Source: a bacterium
GTDB lineage: Bacteria > JAJRZV01
NCBI GenBank assembly: GCA_024275095.1
Contig: JAJRZV010000002.1
Span: 1-49,468 of the forward strand
DNA: 49,468 nt
Direction of reading: 5' to 3'
A program made the translations under genes and the position numbers. The notes beneath the pieces are model-generated. The model was not told the origin of the DNA, made no database searches, and worked only from the letters and a program-made list of their open reading frames with translations. Shown here in pieces: positions 1-10,092 of the stretch; position 1 is the stretch's first letter, and each line of letters starts with the position of its first letter.

Positions 1-237
1 CCTGAAATATTGCCCCGCATTTTCGAGCCGTTTTTCACCACAAAAGAGAACTGGGAAGGAGTCGGCCTGGGACTGGCCATAACCCACCGAATTGTGGAAG
101 ATCACAAAGGCCGCATAGCCGTGGCAAGCAAGGTGGGAGAGGGTAGTACATTTACGATTATCATTGATATTGACGAGAACAAAAAGTTGAAAGGTGTGAA
201 AATCAAAGAAGAAGAAATTAAAGCCCATCTGGTTTGA
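1..237 (+). CDS. Sensor histidine kinase, C-terminal HATPase_c fragment (5' part outside window)
   Basis: Frame open from base 1: [15 protein letters not shown] (F box), GVGLGLAI (G2 box), [17 protein letters not shown]. Confidence 0.9.
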   Translation, partial: PEILPRIFEPFFTTKENWEGVGLGLAITHRIVEDHKGRIAVASKVGEGSTFTIIIDIDENKKLKGVKIKEEEIKAHLV

Positions 238-1085
238 TGAAGAAGATTGTCATCCCATCCCTGATAGTAATAGGTATTCTGGTTGTTGCTTTCGTGGTTT
301 ACCGTGTGTTGTTTGCAAAGAAAGTATTTCTGATTGTTGACGTGAGCGGAGCTGTAGAAATTGAGAGTGGCGGTGTGTGGATCCCTCTGACCCCCGGGAT
401 GAAGGTGAAGGAAAATACGCGCGTAAGAACATCTAAAGGAAGTAAGGTGGTATTGGCTCTTGCAGAAGGTGTAAATGTGGAAGTAAAGGGGGATTCTGAA
501 GTTTTGTTAGGCGGGGTAAAAGAGGATAAAGTGGTGATGAAACTCGAGCGAGGAGTGGTGAGCACGGAAATTCGAGCTGCTGGTCCTGTCAAGAAGGTGA
601 TGGTTACAGCAGGTGACAACGTAATAGAGGCTTCTTCTGGTACTGTACTTCTTTCCTCAGACGGAAAGGGTACGGTTGCCGTTTCGTCCAAGGGAACGGC
701 GGCCAAATTCGTCATTAATAAGAACACTGTGGAAGTAAAGCCGGGCGAAAAAATCGTGTATTCGAAAGGCGTGGAGGTGCTCAGAAAAAGCAAAGACGCT
801 CCCCTCGAGTTGAAGGTGAAATGGCCGCCAACGAAAATCAACAAAAAGGAAGTGACAATTTCTGGAACGACCGAACCCGGAGCACTGATCACTGTAAATG
901 AGACAGTACTCTATGCTGATGATAAGGGTTCATTTGAATCTAAGGTAACGCTGGAAGAAGGAAAAAACGAAATTGTTGTAATAGCATCAGATATTCTGGG
1001 CAGGGAGAACATAAAGAGAAAAGTCATAGAAGTGGATACATCACTGCCTGAACTGCGTATAGATAGAAAGACACTCTGGAGGTAA
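234..1085 (+). CDS. Membrane-anchored FecR-domain protein with C-terminal Ig-like domain
   Basis: N-terminal TM helix; FecR-like [13 protein letters not shown]...SEVLL...LERG; C-terminal [14 protein letters not shown]...[22 protein letters not shown] Ig-like repeat. Confidence 0.75.
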   Translation: MMKKIVIPSLIVIGILVVAFVVYRVLFAKKVFLIVDVSGAVEIESGGVWIPLTPGMKVKENTRVRTSKGSKVVLALAEGVNVEVKGDSEVLLGGVKEDKVVMKLERGVVSTEIRAAGPVKKVMVTAGDNVIEASSGTVLLSSDGKGTVAVSSKGTAAKFVINKNTVEVKPGEKIVYSKGVEVLRKSKDAPLELKVKWPPTKINKKEVTISGTTEPGALITVNETVLYADDKGSFESKVTLEEGKNEIVVIASDILGRENIKRKVIEVDTSLPELRIDRKTLWR

Positions 1086-1089
1086 ATGA

Positions 1090-1863
1090 ATGTTAGTGGA
1101 TGAAAATAGAAAAGTACAGCAGCTTGAACAGGAGTTGAAGGAGTTGAAAAACCAGTTGGTGCAGGCATCGAAACTTGCTGAGATCGGTCTTCTCGCTTCT
1201 ATTATCGCCCATGAAATGAAGCAGCCGCTATTCGGAATAAAGTCTTATGCACAGCTTTTACTTGAGGAGCTTGACGAGTCTTCGCGGTCTCATCGAAAAG
1301 TGGAAAACATATTGAAACAGGCTCAACTGCTGGAAAAGATGGTTGCTCGAATTCGTGATTTTTCCAGGGTCCAGGAGGCGGACGCATTTACTGAAGTAGA
1401 TGTAAACGTACCGGTACGTGATGCTCTGGAGCTCATCTCACACCGGGCCAAAAAATTCAGCATCAATCTCCAGCAGAACCTTGCTGATTCTCTCCCGAGA
1501 GTAAAAGGTAATGCCAACCGGATACAGCAGGTTGTTCTCAACCTCCTGGACAATGCACTGGATGCCATTGAGGAGACCAGCGGAGGTACTGTAGGCGTGA
1601 GAACCTTTTCCACCGATGGGTTTGTATGCATACTCATATACGATACAGGTCCCGGTATTCCTGAAGAGTTGAAAGAGCGGATTTTTGAACCTTTCTATAC
1701 CACCAAGGGACAGGGCAAAGGCACGGGCCTGGGTTTGTATATATGTTCTGAGATTGTTAAGGAACACGGGGGAGAAATTAAGCTTCTGGAGGAAATTCCC
1801 GAAGAGTTGAGACAACACGGTGTGAAAACAGCTTTTCTTGTTAAATTCCCTTCTACCAGGTAA
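1090..1863 (+). CDS. Cytoplasmic histidine kinase (coiled coil + HisKA + HATPase_c, no sensor domain)
   Basis: H box IAHEMKQPL; N box QVVLNLLDNALDA; DTGPGI; FEPFYTTK; GTGLGL. Confidence 0.92.
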   Translation: MLVDENRKVQQLEQELKELKNQLVQASKLAEIGLLASIIAHEMKQPLFGIKSYAQLLLEELDESSRSHRKVENILKQAQLLEKMVARIRDFSRVQEADAFTEVDVNVPVRDALELISHRAKKFSINLQQNLADSLPRVKGNANRIQQVVLNLLDNALDAIEETSGGTVGVRTFSTDGFVCILIYDTGPGIPEELKERIFEPFYTTKGQGKGTGLGLYICSEIVKEHGGEIKLLEEIPEELRQHGVKTAFLVKFPSTR

Positions 1864-1877
1864 ATGTGAGGTGAGGC

Positions 1878-2342
1878 GTGATGGAAGATGAAATAAAAAC
1901 GTATGTCCTGGGTGTAGGAGATGAGGTGTTTGCTCTGTTACAGCGGCTGGGGATCCGCTGTGTTGAATTGGTGGAACCTCATCTGGACGTTCTCGAGAGA
2001 GAACAGTATTTCCTTCTTATTACGAAGCAGGAGCTGAAAACCACTACCGGCATGCATCTGGTAAAGAAAATTCGGGAAAAAAATGAAGATGCGCAGATTA
2101 TTATTATCTCAAATAATGTGTCATTGGATATGCTCCGAGAGGGCATCTCATGGGGTGTACGACGCATTATTACTGAACCGATTGATGAAAACGAGCTTGA
2201 GGTTTCAATAAAATCGGCGCTGGAGATGCTCACCAATATCCGCAGAATGAGAGAAAAACTGATGAGATTAAAAATGGAAAATGAAAGAATAAAAAAGATG
2301 ACCGAACAAATAGATTACAGTGTCGAGGGTGAGAAGAAGTGA
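1878..2342 (+). CDS. Degenerate receiver-domain protein with C-terminal coiled coil
   Basis: Receiver-like pattern LLITKQEL...GMHLVKKIR...IIIIS...GVRRIITEP; phospho-Asp and conserved Lys appear absent. Confidence 0.7.
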   Translation: MMEDEIKTYVLGVGDEVFALLQRLGIRCVELVEPHLDVLEREQYFLLITKQELKTTTGMHLVKKIREKNEDAQIIIISNNVSLDMLREGISWGVRRIITEPIDENELEVSIKSALEMLTNIRRMREKLMRLKMENERIKKMTEQIDYSVEGEKK

Positions 2343-3991
2343 AAAACGTAATTGCAGAGTTTAATGAACGTCTGAACAGGTACAAACAGGAAGTAGAGAA
2401 AAACAACACTGTCCTGGTGATTGACGACGAAGAGGTTGTGAGAATGGTGATGGAAGAGATTATCTCTGGAATGAACCTGCGGGTACTTCTGGCGGAGACA
2501 GGTGAAGAAGGTGTTGAGTGTGTTAAATCCCATCCGGTGAACCTGGTGGTTACGGACAAGAACCTTCCCGGGATTTCAGGCGTGGACGTGATGAAACAGG
2601 TCAAGCAGTTGTCTCAACTGATAGAGGTAATTATGTTGACAGGATACGCCTCGTTTGAGTCGGCGCTCCAGGCCATTGAAATCGGTGCATACGACTACAT
2701 TACCAAACCTTTTGAATCTGTTGACGTTATTCGCACGAAAATTATGCGGGCTCTTCACAAACAAAATCAGATTCTCGTGTACAGAAAAATGATCGAGCTT
2801 CTCAAGGAGATGGCTTCTGGTATCATGAAGGAACTGGGTGAAGTGAATAAAGAACTGGTCACCCGGTTTGCCAGAGACCTCCAGGTGCTTAAACAGGAGA
2901 TAAAAAGGAAGAACAGGGTTTTTATTCTTGAAGCCTCCGAAGAAGAGGGGAGATTTCTCGAAGAAAAGATAAGGCAGTGGGGTTTTGAGGCGTCCTTTTC
3001 ATGCCGAATTGAAGAAGCCAGGAAGAATGTTGGAGAGAGAAAAGTGGATGTGCTCGTGGTGGAGAGGATGCTTGGTGATGAAGACGGACTTAACGTGATA
3101 AAGGAATTTAAAAAGTTAGACCCTGCACTCGATGCCGTACTCATCACTTCTGATCACTCGCTCCAGGCTGCAATTGATGCAATACGCAGCGGCGTAAGTG
3201 AATACATCCTGAGACCATACGAATCACCTTTTGTAATAGAGAAAAAATTGCGAAAAGTGGTGAGGGACCACAACGAGAAACTCAAATACACAGTTCTTAT
3301 CGCTCGCATCAAACAGTTGCTTAAAGAAGCACTGAGTGTGGCGCGGCGGAAAACCCCGGTTGTAAGGCCTGTTTCCACTGCACAACCTGCAGCAAGGGAA
3401 ACCACTCCAGAGCCTCCACGCGTCGTGGCTTCTCCACCACAAAAGGAAAAAAGAACGGAGGATGCGAAATTGCATGAAGAAAAAGGCATAAGCAGCGAAC
3501 AAACAGAACGGCAGAAATTTAAGGGAAGGATTCTGGTTGTAGACGATGAGGAGGTAATCCTCGATGTGCTCAAGGAACTGCTCACATCTCACGGGTACGA
3601 AGTGCTCACGGCAGCCACAGGTGAGGAAGGTGTGGAAATTGTGAAAAAAACGGATGAGATACCTGTGATTATCACGGATAAAAATTTACCCGGAATATCA
3701 GGGCTCGACCTCATTAAGGAGGTAAAATATATTTCTCCCGACACTCAATTCGTGGTGATTACGGGATATGCTTCTGTAGATTCTGCAGACACGGCCATGA
3801 AACTCGGGGTATGCGAGTACATCGTGAAGCCGCTGGGTGATCTCAAGGATATTCTTACCACCGTGGAAAGAGCCTTTACACGTTATCACAAAATGAAGAA
3901 GATACAGGAGGAGATCGCGCAGCTGGAAAGGGAGAACGAACAGCTCAAATGGAAATATAAAAAAATTCATCAAATCTCTGAGGAGAGTTGA
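2339..3991 (+). CDS. Response regulator with three receiver domains and no output domain
   Basis: VLVIDDE..VTDKNLPGISG..YITKP; FILEASE..VVERML..YILRP; ILVVDDE..ITDKNLPGISG..YIVKP. Confidence 0.88.
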   Translation: MKNVIAEFNERLNRYKQEVEKNNTVLVIDDEEVVRMVMEEIISGMNLRVLLAETGEEGVECVKSHPVNLVVTDKNLPGISGVDVMKQVKQLSQLIEVIMLTGYASFESALQAIEIGAYDYITKPFESVDVIRTKIMRALHKQNQILVYRKMIELLKEMASGIMKELGEVNKELVTRFARDLQVLKQEIKRKNRVFILEASEEEGRFLEEKIRQWGFEASFSCRIEEARKNVGERKVDVLVVERMLGDEDGLNVIKEFKKLDPALDAVLITSDHSLQAAIDAIRSGVSEYILRPYESPFVIEKKLRKVVRDHNEKLKYTVLIARIKQLLKEALSVARRKTPVVRPVSTAQPAARETTPEPPRVVASPPQKEKRTEDAKLHEEKGISSEQTERQKFKGRILVVDDEEVILDVLKELLTSHGYEVLTAATGEEGVEIVKKTDEIPVIITDKNLPGISGLDLIKEVKYISPDTQFVVITGYASVDSADTAMKLGVCEYIVKPLGDLKDILTTVERAFTRYHKMKKIQEEIAQLERENEQLKWKYKKIHQISEES

Positions 3992-6252
3992 AAAAGCTCT
4001 CTCCATTTCTCTGGGTTGTAGCAGTCTTTCTTTCTTATCAAAGCGCCTCAGGCACTGAAATTCGTTTTGTTAATCCGTACGACGTTTTTTTGAAAGGATG
4101 GGAATATACCATTCCCTTTTTTACAAAAGATAGCAGAGGTTATCCCCTTGGTCTCAGTGATTTGAGAGTGAAGTCTACCGGACTGGAGAACAGGAAGATA
4201 TTTCGTACAACAAATCAGCTGTACCTTCTTCGTTTTCGAGCAGGTCCTTCCCAGGATGGTAAAGTAAAAGTTGAAATTAAGGGATTGCGTCCCGACGGCA
4301 GAATCGCGCGGGGAATTCTTCAGGTTCCCGTTGTGGATAAGATCCCGAGCCTCCATGTGAAAGTAACACCTGAGAAAGGAGTAGTAGTGGCTGGAACACG
4401 CAAGAGCATAACCCTTACTGTAGAGATAAAAAATCTACAGGGAAGACGCGTAGATGCAAATATAAAAGGTTTTGTTACCAGGGGAAGGCTGGGAAAATTC
4501 AAAAGAAAGAAAACAGGAGTTTATCAAACAGAACTCTTTCTTCCCCCGGAGAAATACCCTCAGATAATTATTGTCTCTGTACTGGGAAACAATGGTGTGT
4601 TCCAGGGTGTGGGCTATGCTAAGGTAATATTGAGAGGTTCAACCGTGCTTCGAGGAACCACAAAACCTCAGTCTCATATTACCATCGTGATAAAAAAAGG
4701 ATATGTTGTGGAGGGTGATTCCGATGAAAAAGGATACTTTGAAATTCCCATCACGGTGGACCCGGGTGTAGATGCTCTTATTGCGCAGGTAAAAGACCCT
4801 TACGGGAACGTAACCAAAAAGCGGATCTCTCTCGGTGTTCCGCCTTCTCCTCTGATGGGAGAGCCTTTTGTTTTTCCCGCTCGGGTTGTGGGAGATGGTT
4901 TTTCTGCTTCTTCCATTTTTGTGTTTGCTGTTGATGCAACCGGTCGACCGTTACGCAAAAACGAGATTGTTTTTCTTGCTCATCAGGGCACAATAAAAGA
5001 GGTTTCCATGATAGAACCGGGTGTATGGGTCGCCACCTACCAGCCACCGCATCCATCTGGAAAGAGAAAGCAGGGCATTGAAATTCGTTACAAAGGGGCC
5101 AGAAAAGCAGTGGATGTTGAGATAATTCCTTTTACTGTTCCATTACGCCTTCGGACGGTTCTGGATAAAAAGGTGCTTCCTGCTGATGGCACGGGCCTGG
5201 CCACACTTGCCGTACAAGTTGAATCCTTCAAAGGGAGAAAGGTCTCACCGGAATGTGTACGGGTGACAGCAGATGCCAAAGAGGTGGAGATAAAAATTTC
5301 CAAGAGACAGGCCACTGCTTATATCAGATCACCGAAGAAGCTCCTGCATGAACGCATGAACATCGAAGTACACTGTTCCACAAAATACGGGTATACACTT
5401 CGAACCAGAAAAAGCATTCGTCTGGTTCCCGGGGAGCCCTCAGAGATTGAGTTAAGAGCACAACGACGTACACTCAGGGCCGGAATAGACAAAAGCACAG
5501 GCGTGAGCGTTTTTGTGACTGATAGGGGCGGCAATCCTGTACCAGGTCTTAAACTTCGGATAAATGCTGCCTCCGGGAGAATAGAAGACATAGCAGAGCA
5601 GGGCAAAGGTCATTATACCTTCAGGTACGTTCCTCCTCTGGCAAAAGATGTGGAAATAATAAGAATAAACGTCCAGGCAGGTAGAGCCCGGAATAGTTTG
5701 AAGGTTGTAGTTTTACCCAAACTTTACAACGTGGGCATCGCTCTCGAAGCAGGGTATATTTCCAACTTTCAGAGTATTTCGTCTTTTTACCCTGTTGTTT
5801 CGTTTGTCGCACGACTGCCGCTGTATAACAGACGTTTTTTTACAGGGATGGAAATCAGTTATTTCTCATTTTCGTCAAATCAACCCTCGAGAAACGGGAG
5901 TGCTTATGATACTGTGGTAAAAGGGGAATTTGTTCCTGTATTTGTTAAATTTCGCTACCAGATTCCGCTGTCTGAAGATGCAGGTATTAATTTCGGGGCA
6001 GGTATTGGTGCCGAATTCGCCAGCATCAGGGTGGCCCTTAAGGAAGAGGCGGGTGGGGCGATTGTAAAAGAGAGAACGTTGAATTTTTCCACGCTTCTTC
6101 ACGTGGGAGGTGAGTATCAGTTGGGACCGGGCAGGATTAAAGGCGGGCTGAATTATGCGTACTCCCCATTACACGGTAGAGAGGGATCGTTAAAAACGAG
6201 CGGATACACAGGGGGGCTTTTCTTTACAGTGGGATACATGTTTACTTTTTAA
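3988..6252 (+). CDS. Secreted/outer-membrane protein with invasin-like Ig repeats and probable C-terminal beta-barrel
   Basis: Signal peptide; repeated Big_1-like motifs (VFAVDATGRPL, LPADGTGLATLAV, VFVTDRGGNPVPG); amphipathic strands ending GYMFTF. Confidence 0.65.
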   Translation: MKKLSPFLWVVAVFLSYQSASGTEIRFVNPYDVFLKGWEYTIPFFTKDSRGYPLGLSDLRVKSTGLENRKIFRTTNQLYLLRFRAGPSQDGKVKVEIKGLRPDGRIARGILQVPVVDKIPSLHVKVTPEKGVVVAGTRKSITLTVEIKNLQGRRVDANIKGFVTRGRLGKFKRKKTGVYQTELFLPPEKYPQIIIVSVLGNNGVFQGVGYAKVILRGSTVLRGTTKPQSHITIVIKKGYVVEGDSDEKGYFEIPITVDPGVDALIAQVKDPYGNVTKKRISLGVPPSPLMGEPFVFPARVVGDGFSASSIFVFAVDATGRPLRKNEIVFLAHQGTIKEVSMIEPGVWVATYQPPHPSGKRKQGIEIRYKGARKAVDVEIIPFTVPLRLRTVLDKKVLPADGTGLATLAVQVESFKGRKVSPECVRVTADAKEVEIKISKRQATAYIRSPKKLLHERMNIEVHCSTKYGYTLRTRKSIRLVPGEPSEIELRAQRRTLRAGIDKSTGVSVFVTDRGGNPVPGLKLRINAASGRIEDIAEQGKGHYTFRYVPPLAKDVEIIRINVQAGRARNSLKVVVLPKLYNVGIALEAGYISNFQSISSFYPVVSFVARLPLYNRRFFTGMEISYFSFSSNQPSRNGSAYDTVVKGEFVPVFVKFRYQIPLSEDAGINFGAGIGAEFASIRVALKEEAGGAIVKERTLNFSTLLHVGGEYQLGPGRIKGGLNYAYSPLHGREGSLKTSGYTGGLFFTVGYMFTF

Positions 6253-6324
6253 GGAGAGACCTGTAAGATATGTAAAACTTTTCGCGTATTTTGTTGTCTT
6301 TCCAGAATAGAGAAGAATAAAAAG

Positions 6325-6825
6325 ATGCGACTGAGAGAAACACAACATTATTTATTCAAGGCCCCTTTTTGCGATGTGCACTATCTTCTTGATGTCGGGG
6401 AAATGCGTCTTCGACGTCTTTACGTGGTTGCTCGGGGTTCTGCCACACGGGGGGTTGCTGTAGATTCTGAAAACTGGGTCGCTTCCCTTCTTGAAGAATA
6501 TTTCACAACAGCTGCTTTCCCCGACAGACTTCCGTGGAAATTGTTTGATTTTTCATGGTGTAACGCTGAAATGTTAAGGTTTTACATGAATGTTGTTCAA
6601 ATACCACCCGGGAGCACTGTTACATATGGTGAAATTGCTCGAAAAGTATTTGGGTCTTCCAGATATGCGAGAAAAGCAGCTCTGTATCTGGCCCGGAATC
6701 GTATCGGGCTTTTTATACCCTGTCACAGAGTATGGCGCAGGGAAAGCCCCGGAGGCTATACACCCGGTGGTCCGGAGATCAAGTTCTTGCTTGTTCAATG
6801 GGAGAAAATAAAGAGGAGAAATTGA
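6325..6825 (+). CDS. ogt: Methylated-DNA--protein-cysteine methyltransferase
   Basis: IPPGSTVTYGEIA HTH segment and active-site PCHRV. Confidence 0.85.
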   Translation: MRLRETQHYLFKAPFCDVHYLLDVGEMRLRRLYVVARGSATRGVAVDSENWVASLLEEYFTTAAFPDRLPWKLFDFSWCNAEMLRFYMNVVQIPPGSTVTYGEIARKVFGSSRYARKAALYLARNRIGLFIPCHRVWRRESPGGYTPGGPEIKFLLVQWEKIKRRN

Positions 6826-8609
6826 TGCAGCATTCATCATATTCCGCTGAAGCCCTGAGGAAGAAACTCAAGCGTATTCATGGAAAATCGTATAAAGCCT
6901 ACAGGGATATAAAGGGTCGGTACCGTTTCGAAAATTTTGTGATCTCTATCATACATCCTCAGGGAGACCCCTTTGCCCCTCCCACAGTGATGGAGGTATT
7001 CATTCAACATAAAGATGCGCAGTTTCCCACAACTTTCTATGCTTCGGAAAGCAGAATTTTAGGCATGGAAGACTTTCTGTTGCGTGAGTTGAAAAAGCGC
7101 ATCAGGTATTACGGTGGTGGTATTCGGGGTACGGGTAATAGTGGATTGATCACCGCATGTACACCGGGCCAGGAAGTGCTCAGGCGAGATGCAGTGCAGG
7201 TATCCCAGGTGGGTATCCGGGTTATACTTCAGGTGGGACTTCCAGGACGCGGTCGCACCGTTGATGGATTGACCGCTGTTAAAATGATTTTCCACGAGCT
7301 GAAGAGCATAATTCAGACAGCTCTTTTTGCCTCTTCCGTGAATTTGCACGAAATGGAGAAACATATACGCGTGGTAGAAGACCAAGAGCATATTCGTAAA
7401 GTTTTACCGGAAAGAGGGCTTGTGGCTTTTGTGGCAGATGGAAGTGTGCTGCCCCGAAGAAGTGGAATAGACGAAAGGCCTCCGATTGAATTGCCCGAGG
7501 TTCCATTGGTCGAACCTCTGGAGACGGGAAGCGGTCGTATCATTCCTTTTAAGTCACCTGAAACCCTACGTGTTGAAATTGTTGCTCCCAATGCGGGCAG
7601 GCTTACGGGCATGGGTATTCCAGAAGGCGTAACAGTCATTACCGGTGGGGGATTCCACGGCAAGTCCACCCTGCTCAATGCTCTTATTCGGTGTGTATAT
7701 CCGCATGTTCCCGGTGACGGAAGAGAGTACGTGGTCACCCGTGAAGACGGGGTACTTATAAGAGCTGAAGATGGTCGCAGCATTGAGCGTGTGGACATCA
7801 GCAATTTTATCAACAACCTTCCTTTTGGAATATCTACATCTGAGTTTTCAACACGCAGTGCCAGCGGGAGCACATCCCAGGCTGCTAACATCATGGAATA
7901 CATAGAGGCTGGCTCCAGGCTTTTCTTTATAGACGAGGATACCTCGGCCACCAACTTCATGGTCAGGGACGCAATTATGCAGGAGGTCGTGAAAAGGGAC
8001 TTCGAACCCATTACCCCGTTCGTGGAGAGGGTGCGTGAAATGTACGAGTTTCACAGGATTTCGTGCGTGCTTGTTACAGGGGGCATTGGTGATTTTATTG
8101 GGTGCGCGGATACCGTAATCCTCATGAAGGAATATGTGCCTTTTGATGTTACAGGAGAGGCAAAAGAAATTTACCGAAGGCACAGGCGTCGCAGAAAATC
8201 CGAGACTCCTTCAATTCCGTTTCGCCTGCCGGATGAAAGAGTAATAGATCCCCATACTTTTAGTTTTTTGGAAAAAGGTGGCCGTCTGAAGATTAAGCCA
8301 ACATCTCTGCGTGAGTGCATCATCAACGGAGAAAAACTCAACCTCGATGCAGTTGGTGGTGTGGTTGAAGTCAATCAACTTAATGCTCTGGGCAGGATGC
8401 TGGGACGTGTGGCTGCTGTTGCTGCAGAAGGAAACCGAACCCTGAGGCATGCAGTTGCAGAAGTGTTTCGTGAAATTGAAAAAGAAGGATTCGATATTCT
8501 TGACTCCAGGCCGATGGGTCACCTTGCCCTCACCAGGCCTTATGAGCTTTTTGCAGCCATCTCCCGCCTGCGCACACTAAAAGTCAAGAGGCGAATAAAA
8601 AGCAAATAG
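6825..8609 (+). CDS. Predicted ATPase of the ABC class (ABC_ATPase family)
   Basis: QGDPFAPP, GTGNSG, Walker A GGGFHGKST, SGSTSQAAN, IDEDTSATNFM; ATG at 6825 overlaps the ogt stop (ORF track start 6732 is probably too long). Confidence 0.85.
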   Translation: MQHSSYSAEALRKKLKRIHGKSYKAYRDIKGRYRFENFVISIIHPQGDPFAPPTVMEVFIQHKDAQFPTTFYASESRILGMEDFLLRELKKRIRYYGGGIRGTGNSGLITACTPGQEVLRRDAVQVSQVGIRVILQVGLPGRGRTVDGLTAVKMIFHELKSIIQTALFASSVNLHEMEKHIRVVEDQEHIRKVLPERGLVAFVADGSVLPRRSGIDERPPIELPEVPLVEPLETGSGRIIPFKSPETLRVEIVAPNAGRLTGMGIPEGVTVITGGGFHGKSTLLNALIRCVYPHVPGDGREYVVTREDGVLIRAEDGRSIERVDISNFINNLPFGISTSEFSTRSASGSTSQAANIMEYIEAGSRLFFIDEDTSATNFMVRDAIMQEVVKRDFEPITPFVERVREMYEFHRISCVLVTGGIGDFIGCADTVILMKEYVPFDVTGEAKEIYRRHRRRRKSETPSIPFRLPDERVIDPHTFSFLEKGGRLKIKPTSLRECIINGEKLNLDAVGGVVEVNQLNALGRMLGRVAAVAAEGNRTLRHAVAEVFREIEKEGFDILDSRPMGHLALTRPYELFAAISRLRTLKVKRRIKSK

Positions 8610-8827
8610 GCACAGGGATCACATCTCAACCTTCAGGATTTCAGAGGATCAAAATGAAAGCATAAAAAAGTGTGGGACTGAGGAAATGCAAAGAAAAAGT
8701 GCTTCACAATCCGATGGCGGTAGGAAAAGTAACTGCACCGATGATGGTAATAAGTGATGCAATACGGGAAAATTCCTGTTTATGTTAAACTAACCCGTTA
8801 AGCAACGTGGACTGTACATAGAAGAAC

Positions 8828-10012
8828 ATGGACATTCTTTACCTCCGCAACGACCCTGTGGAAACGCACCTTGCAGGGGGGGCTTACGCCCATACCACCG
8901 GTGTTATCAAGGGCTTTATGGCTCACAATGCAAGGGTTGTATTTGCTGGATATATGAATCTTCCACTTACTCACCAGCACCTGAAATGCATACGATTGCA
9001 GGCTCCTCCGATGATACCCTCTACTTCTGTCCGAAGGATGATGGCTGGTTTTCAACCCGCACACCGGGTGCGGAGACTTTTACCCTCGTACTCCTGGTCA
9101 TTTTTATATCACCGCTACAGTCTCAATGATTGTCTTCCTCTGCGACTGGCTCGTTCACTGGGCATACCGTGCGTGACAGAATACAACGGTTCCGAGGTCT
9201 GGATTGCCAGAAAGTGGAGTGGTTCCCGCTCTCCTTTGCTTTTCGTATCTTCAATAATTGAAAAACAGATTTTGAAACACACTGATGCGCTTGTTACTGT
9301 TTCAAAGCCTCTTGCAGACGAATTGAAAAAGATTGGTGCTGATGCAGGGAGGATCCTTGTAAATCCCAATGGCTTTGATGACGAATTGTTTACCCAAGAG
9401 AACGACTGTAGAGCTGTAAGAGAAAAGTATGAAATTCCACTGGATGCCGTTGTGGTGACTTATGTGGGAAGTTTCGCACCTTTTCACGGCGTTGAGATTT
9501 TGGCCAAAGCCGCTGGCACAGCGGTGCGCCGGGGCAACAGCAATCTTTTTTTTCTTTTTGTAGGTGAAGGCAAAATGCGTGCAGAAGTGGAGGACATTAT
9601 CCGGAGTGAAGGACTTGTGAAGCGTACACTTTTTACAGGCCTGGTGCCCCCCGAGGAGGCAGCAAGACTAATGAAGGCTTCGGATATTCTCGTTGCTTCT
9701 CACGTGTTTCGCGAAGGTGATGAATTTTTTGGCTCACCAACAAAGCTGTTTGAATATATGGCCAGCGGTCGCGCCGTTATTGCTTCAGCCATTGGCCAGA
9801 TAAAAGAAATTATCCGGGACGGAGAAAACGGGCGCCTTGTACCTTCAGGAAACGAGAAAGTTCTTGCAGATGTAATCCTCGAACTTGCCAATGACATAAA
9901 CGAGAGAACCAAACTCGGCGGAAATGCACGAAAGGAAGCTTTCAACCTGTACACATGGAAAGCTCATGCAAGGCGTACCCTTGATTTTTTGCGATCCCTC
10001 GGTTTGATTTGA
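8828..10012 (+). CDS. Glycosyltransferase family 4 (GT-B)
   Basis: VNPNGFD, YVGSFAPFHGVE, FFGSPTKLFEYMASGRAVIAS. Confidence 0.88.
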   Translation: MDILYLRNDPVETHLAGGAYAHTTGVIKGFMAHNARVVFAGYMNLPLTHQHLKCIRLQAPPMIPSTSVRRMMAGFQPAHRVRRLLPSYSWSFLYHRYSLNDCLPLRLARSLGIPCVTEYNGSEVWIARKWSGSRSPLLFVSSIIEKQILKHTDALVTVSKPLADELKKIGADAGRILVNPNGFDDELFTQENDCRAVREKYEIPLDAVVVTYVGSFAPFHGVEILAKAAGTAVRRGNSNLFFLFVGEGKMRAEVEDIIRSEGLVKRTLFTGLVPPEEAARLMKASDILVASHVFREGDEFFGSPTKLFEYMASGRAVIASAIGQIKEIIRDGENGRLVPSGNEKVLADVILELANDINERTKLGGNARKEAFNLYTWKAHARRTLDFLRSLGLI

Positions 10013-10041
10013 TCGATAACTGAACTCATTTCATTTTTTTC

Positions 10042-10070
10042 TGGTCACATTCTTGATGCGCTGCTAAAAT
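10042..10070 (+). promoter_or_regulatory. Putative sigma70 promoter of the acyl-CoA ligase gene
   Basis: TGGTCA(10042-47)-N17-TAAAAT(10065-70) with extended -10 TG. Confidence 0.45.
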
Positions 10071-10072
10071 GC

Positions 10073-10092
10073 CTGATTGACAAATCAGTCAG
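10073..10092. promoter_or_regulatory. Palindromic operator-like site (TetR/FadR-type)
   Basis: CTGATTGA-CAAA-TCAGTCAG, 8-bp arms with one mismatch, between the -10 box and the RBS. Confidence 0.55.

Noticed and set aside
8610-8827. Hydrophobic minus-strand reading (IASLITIIGAVTFPTAIGL) in the intergenic gap
   Set aside because: Short, interrupted by stops, no start or RBS; explained by T-rich composition
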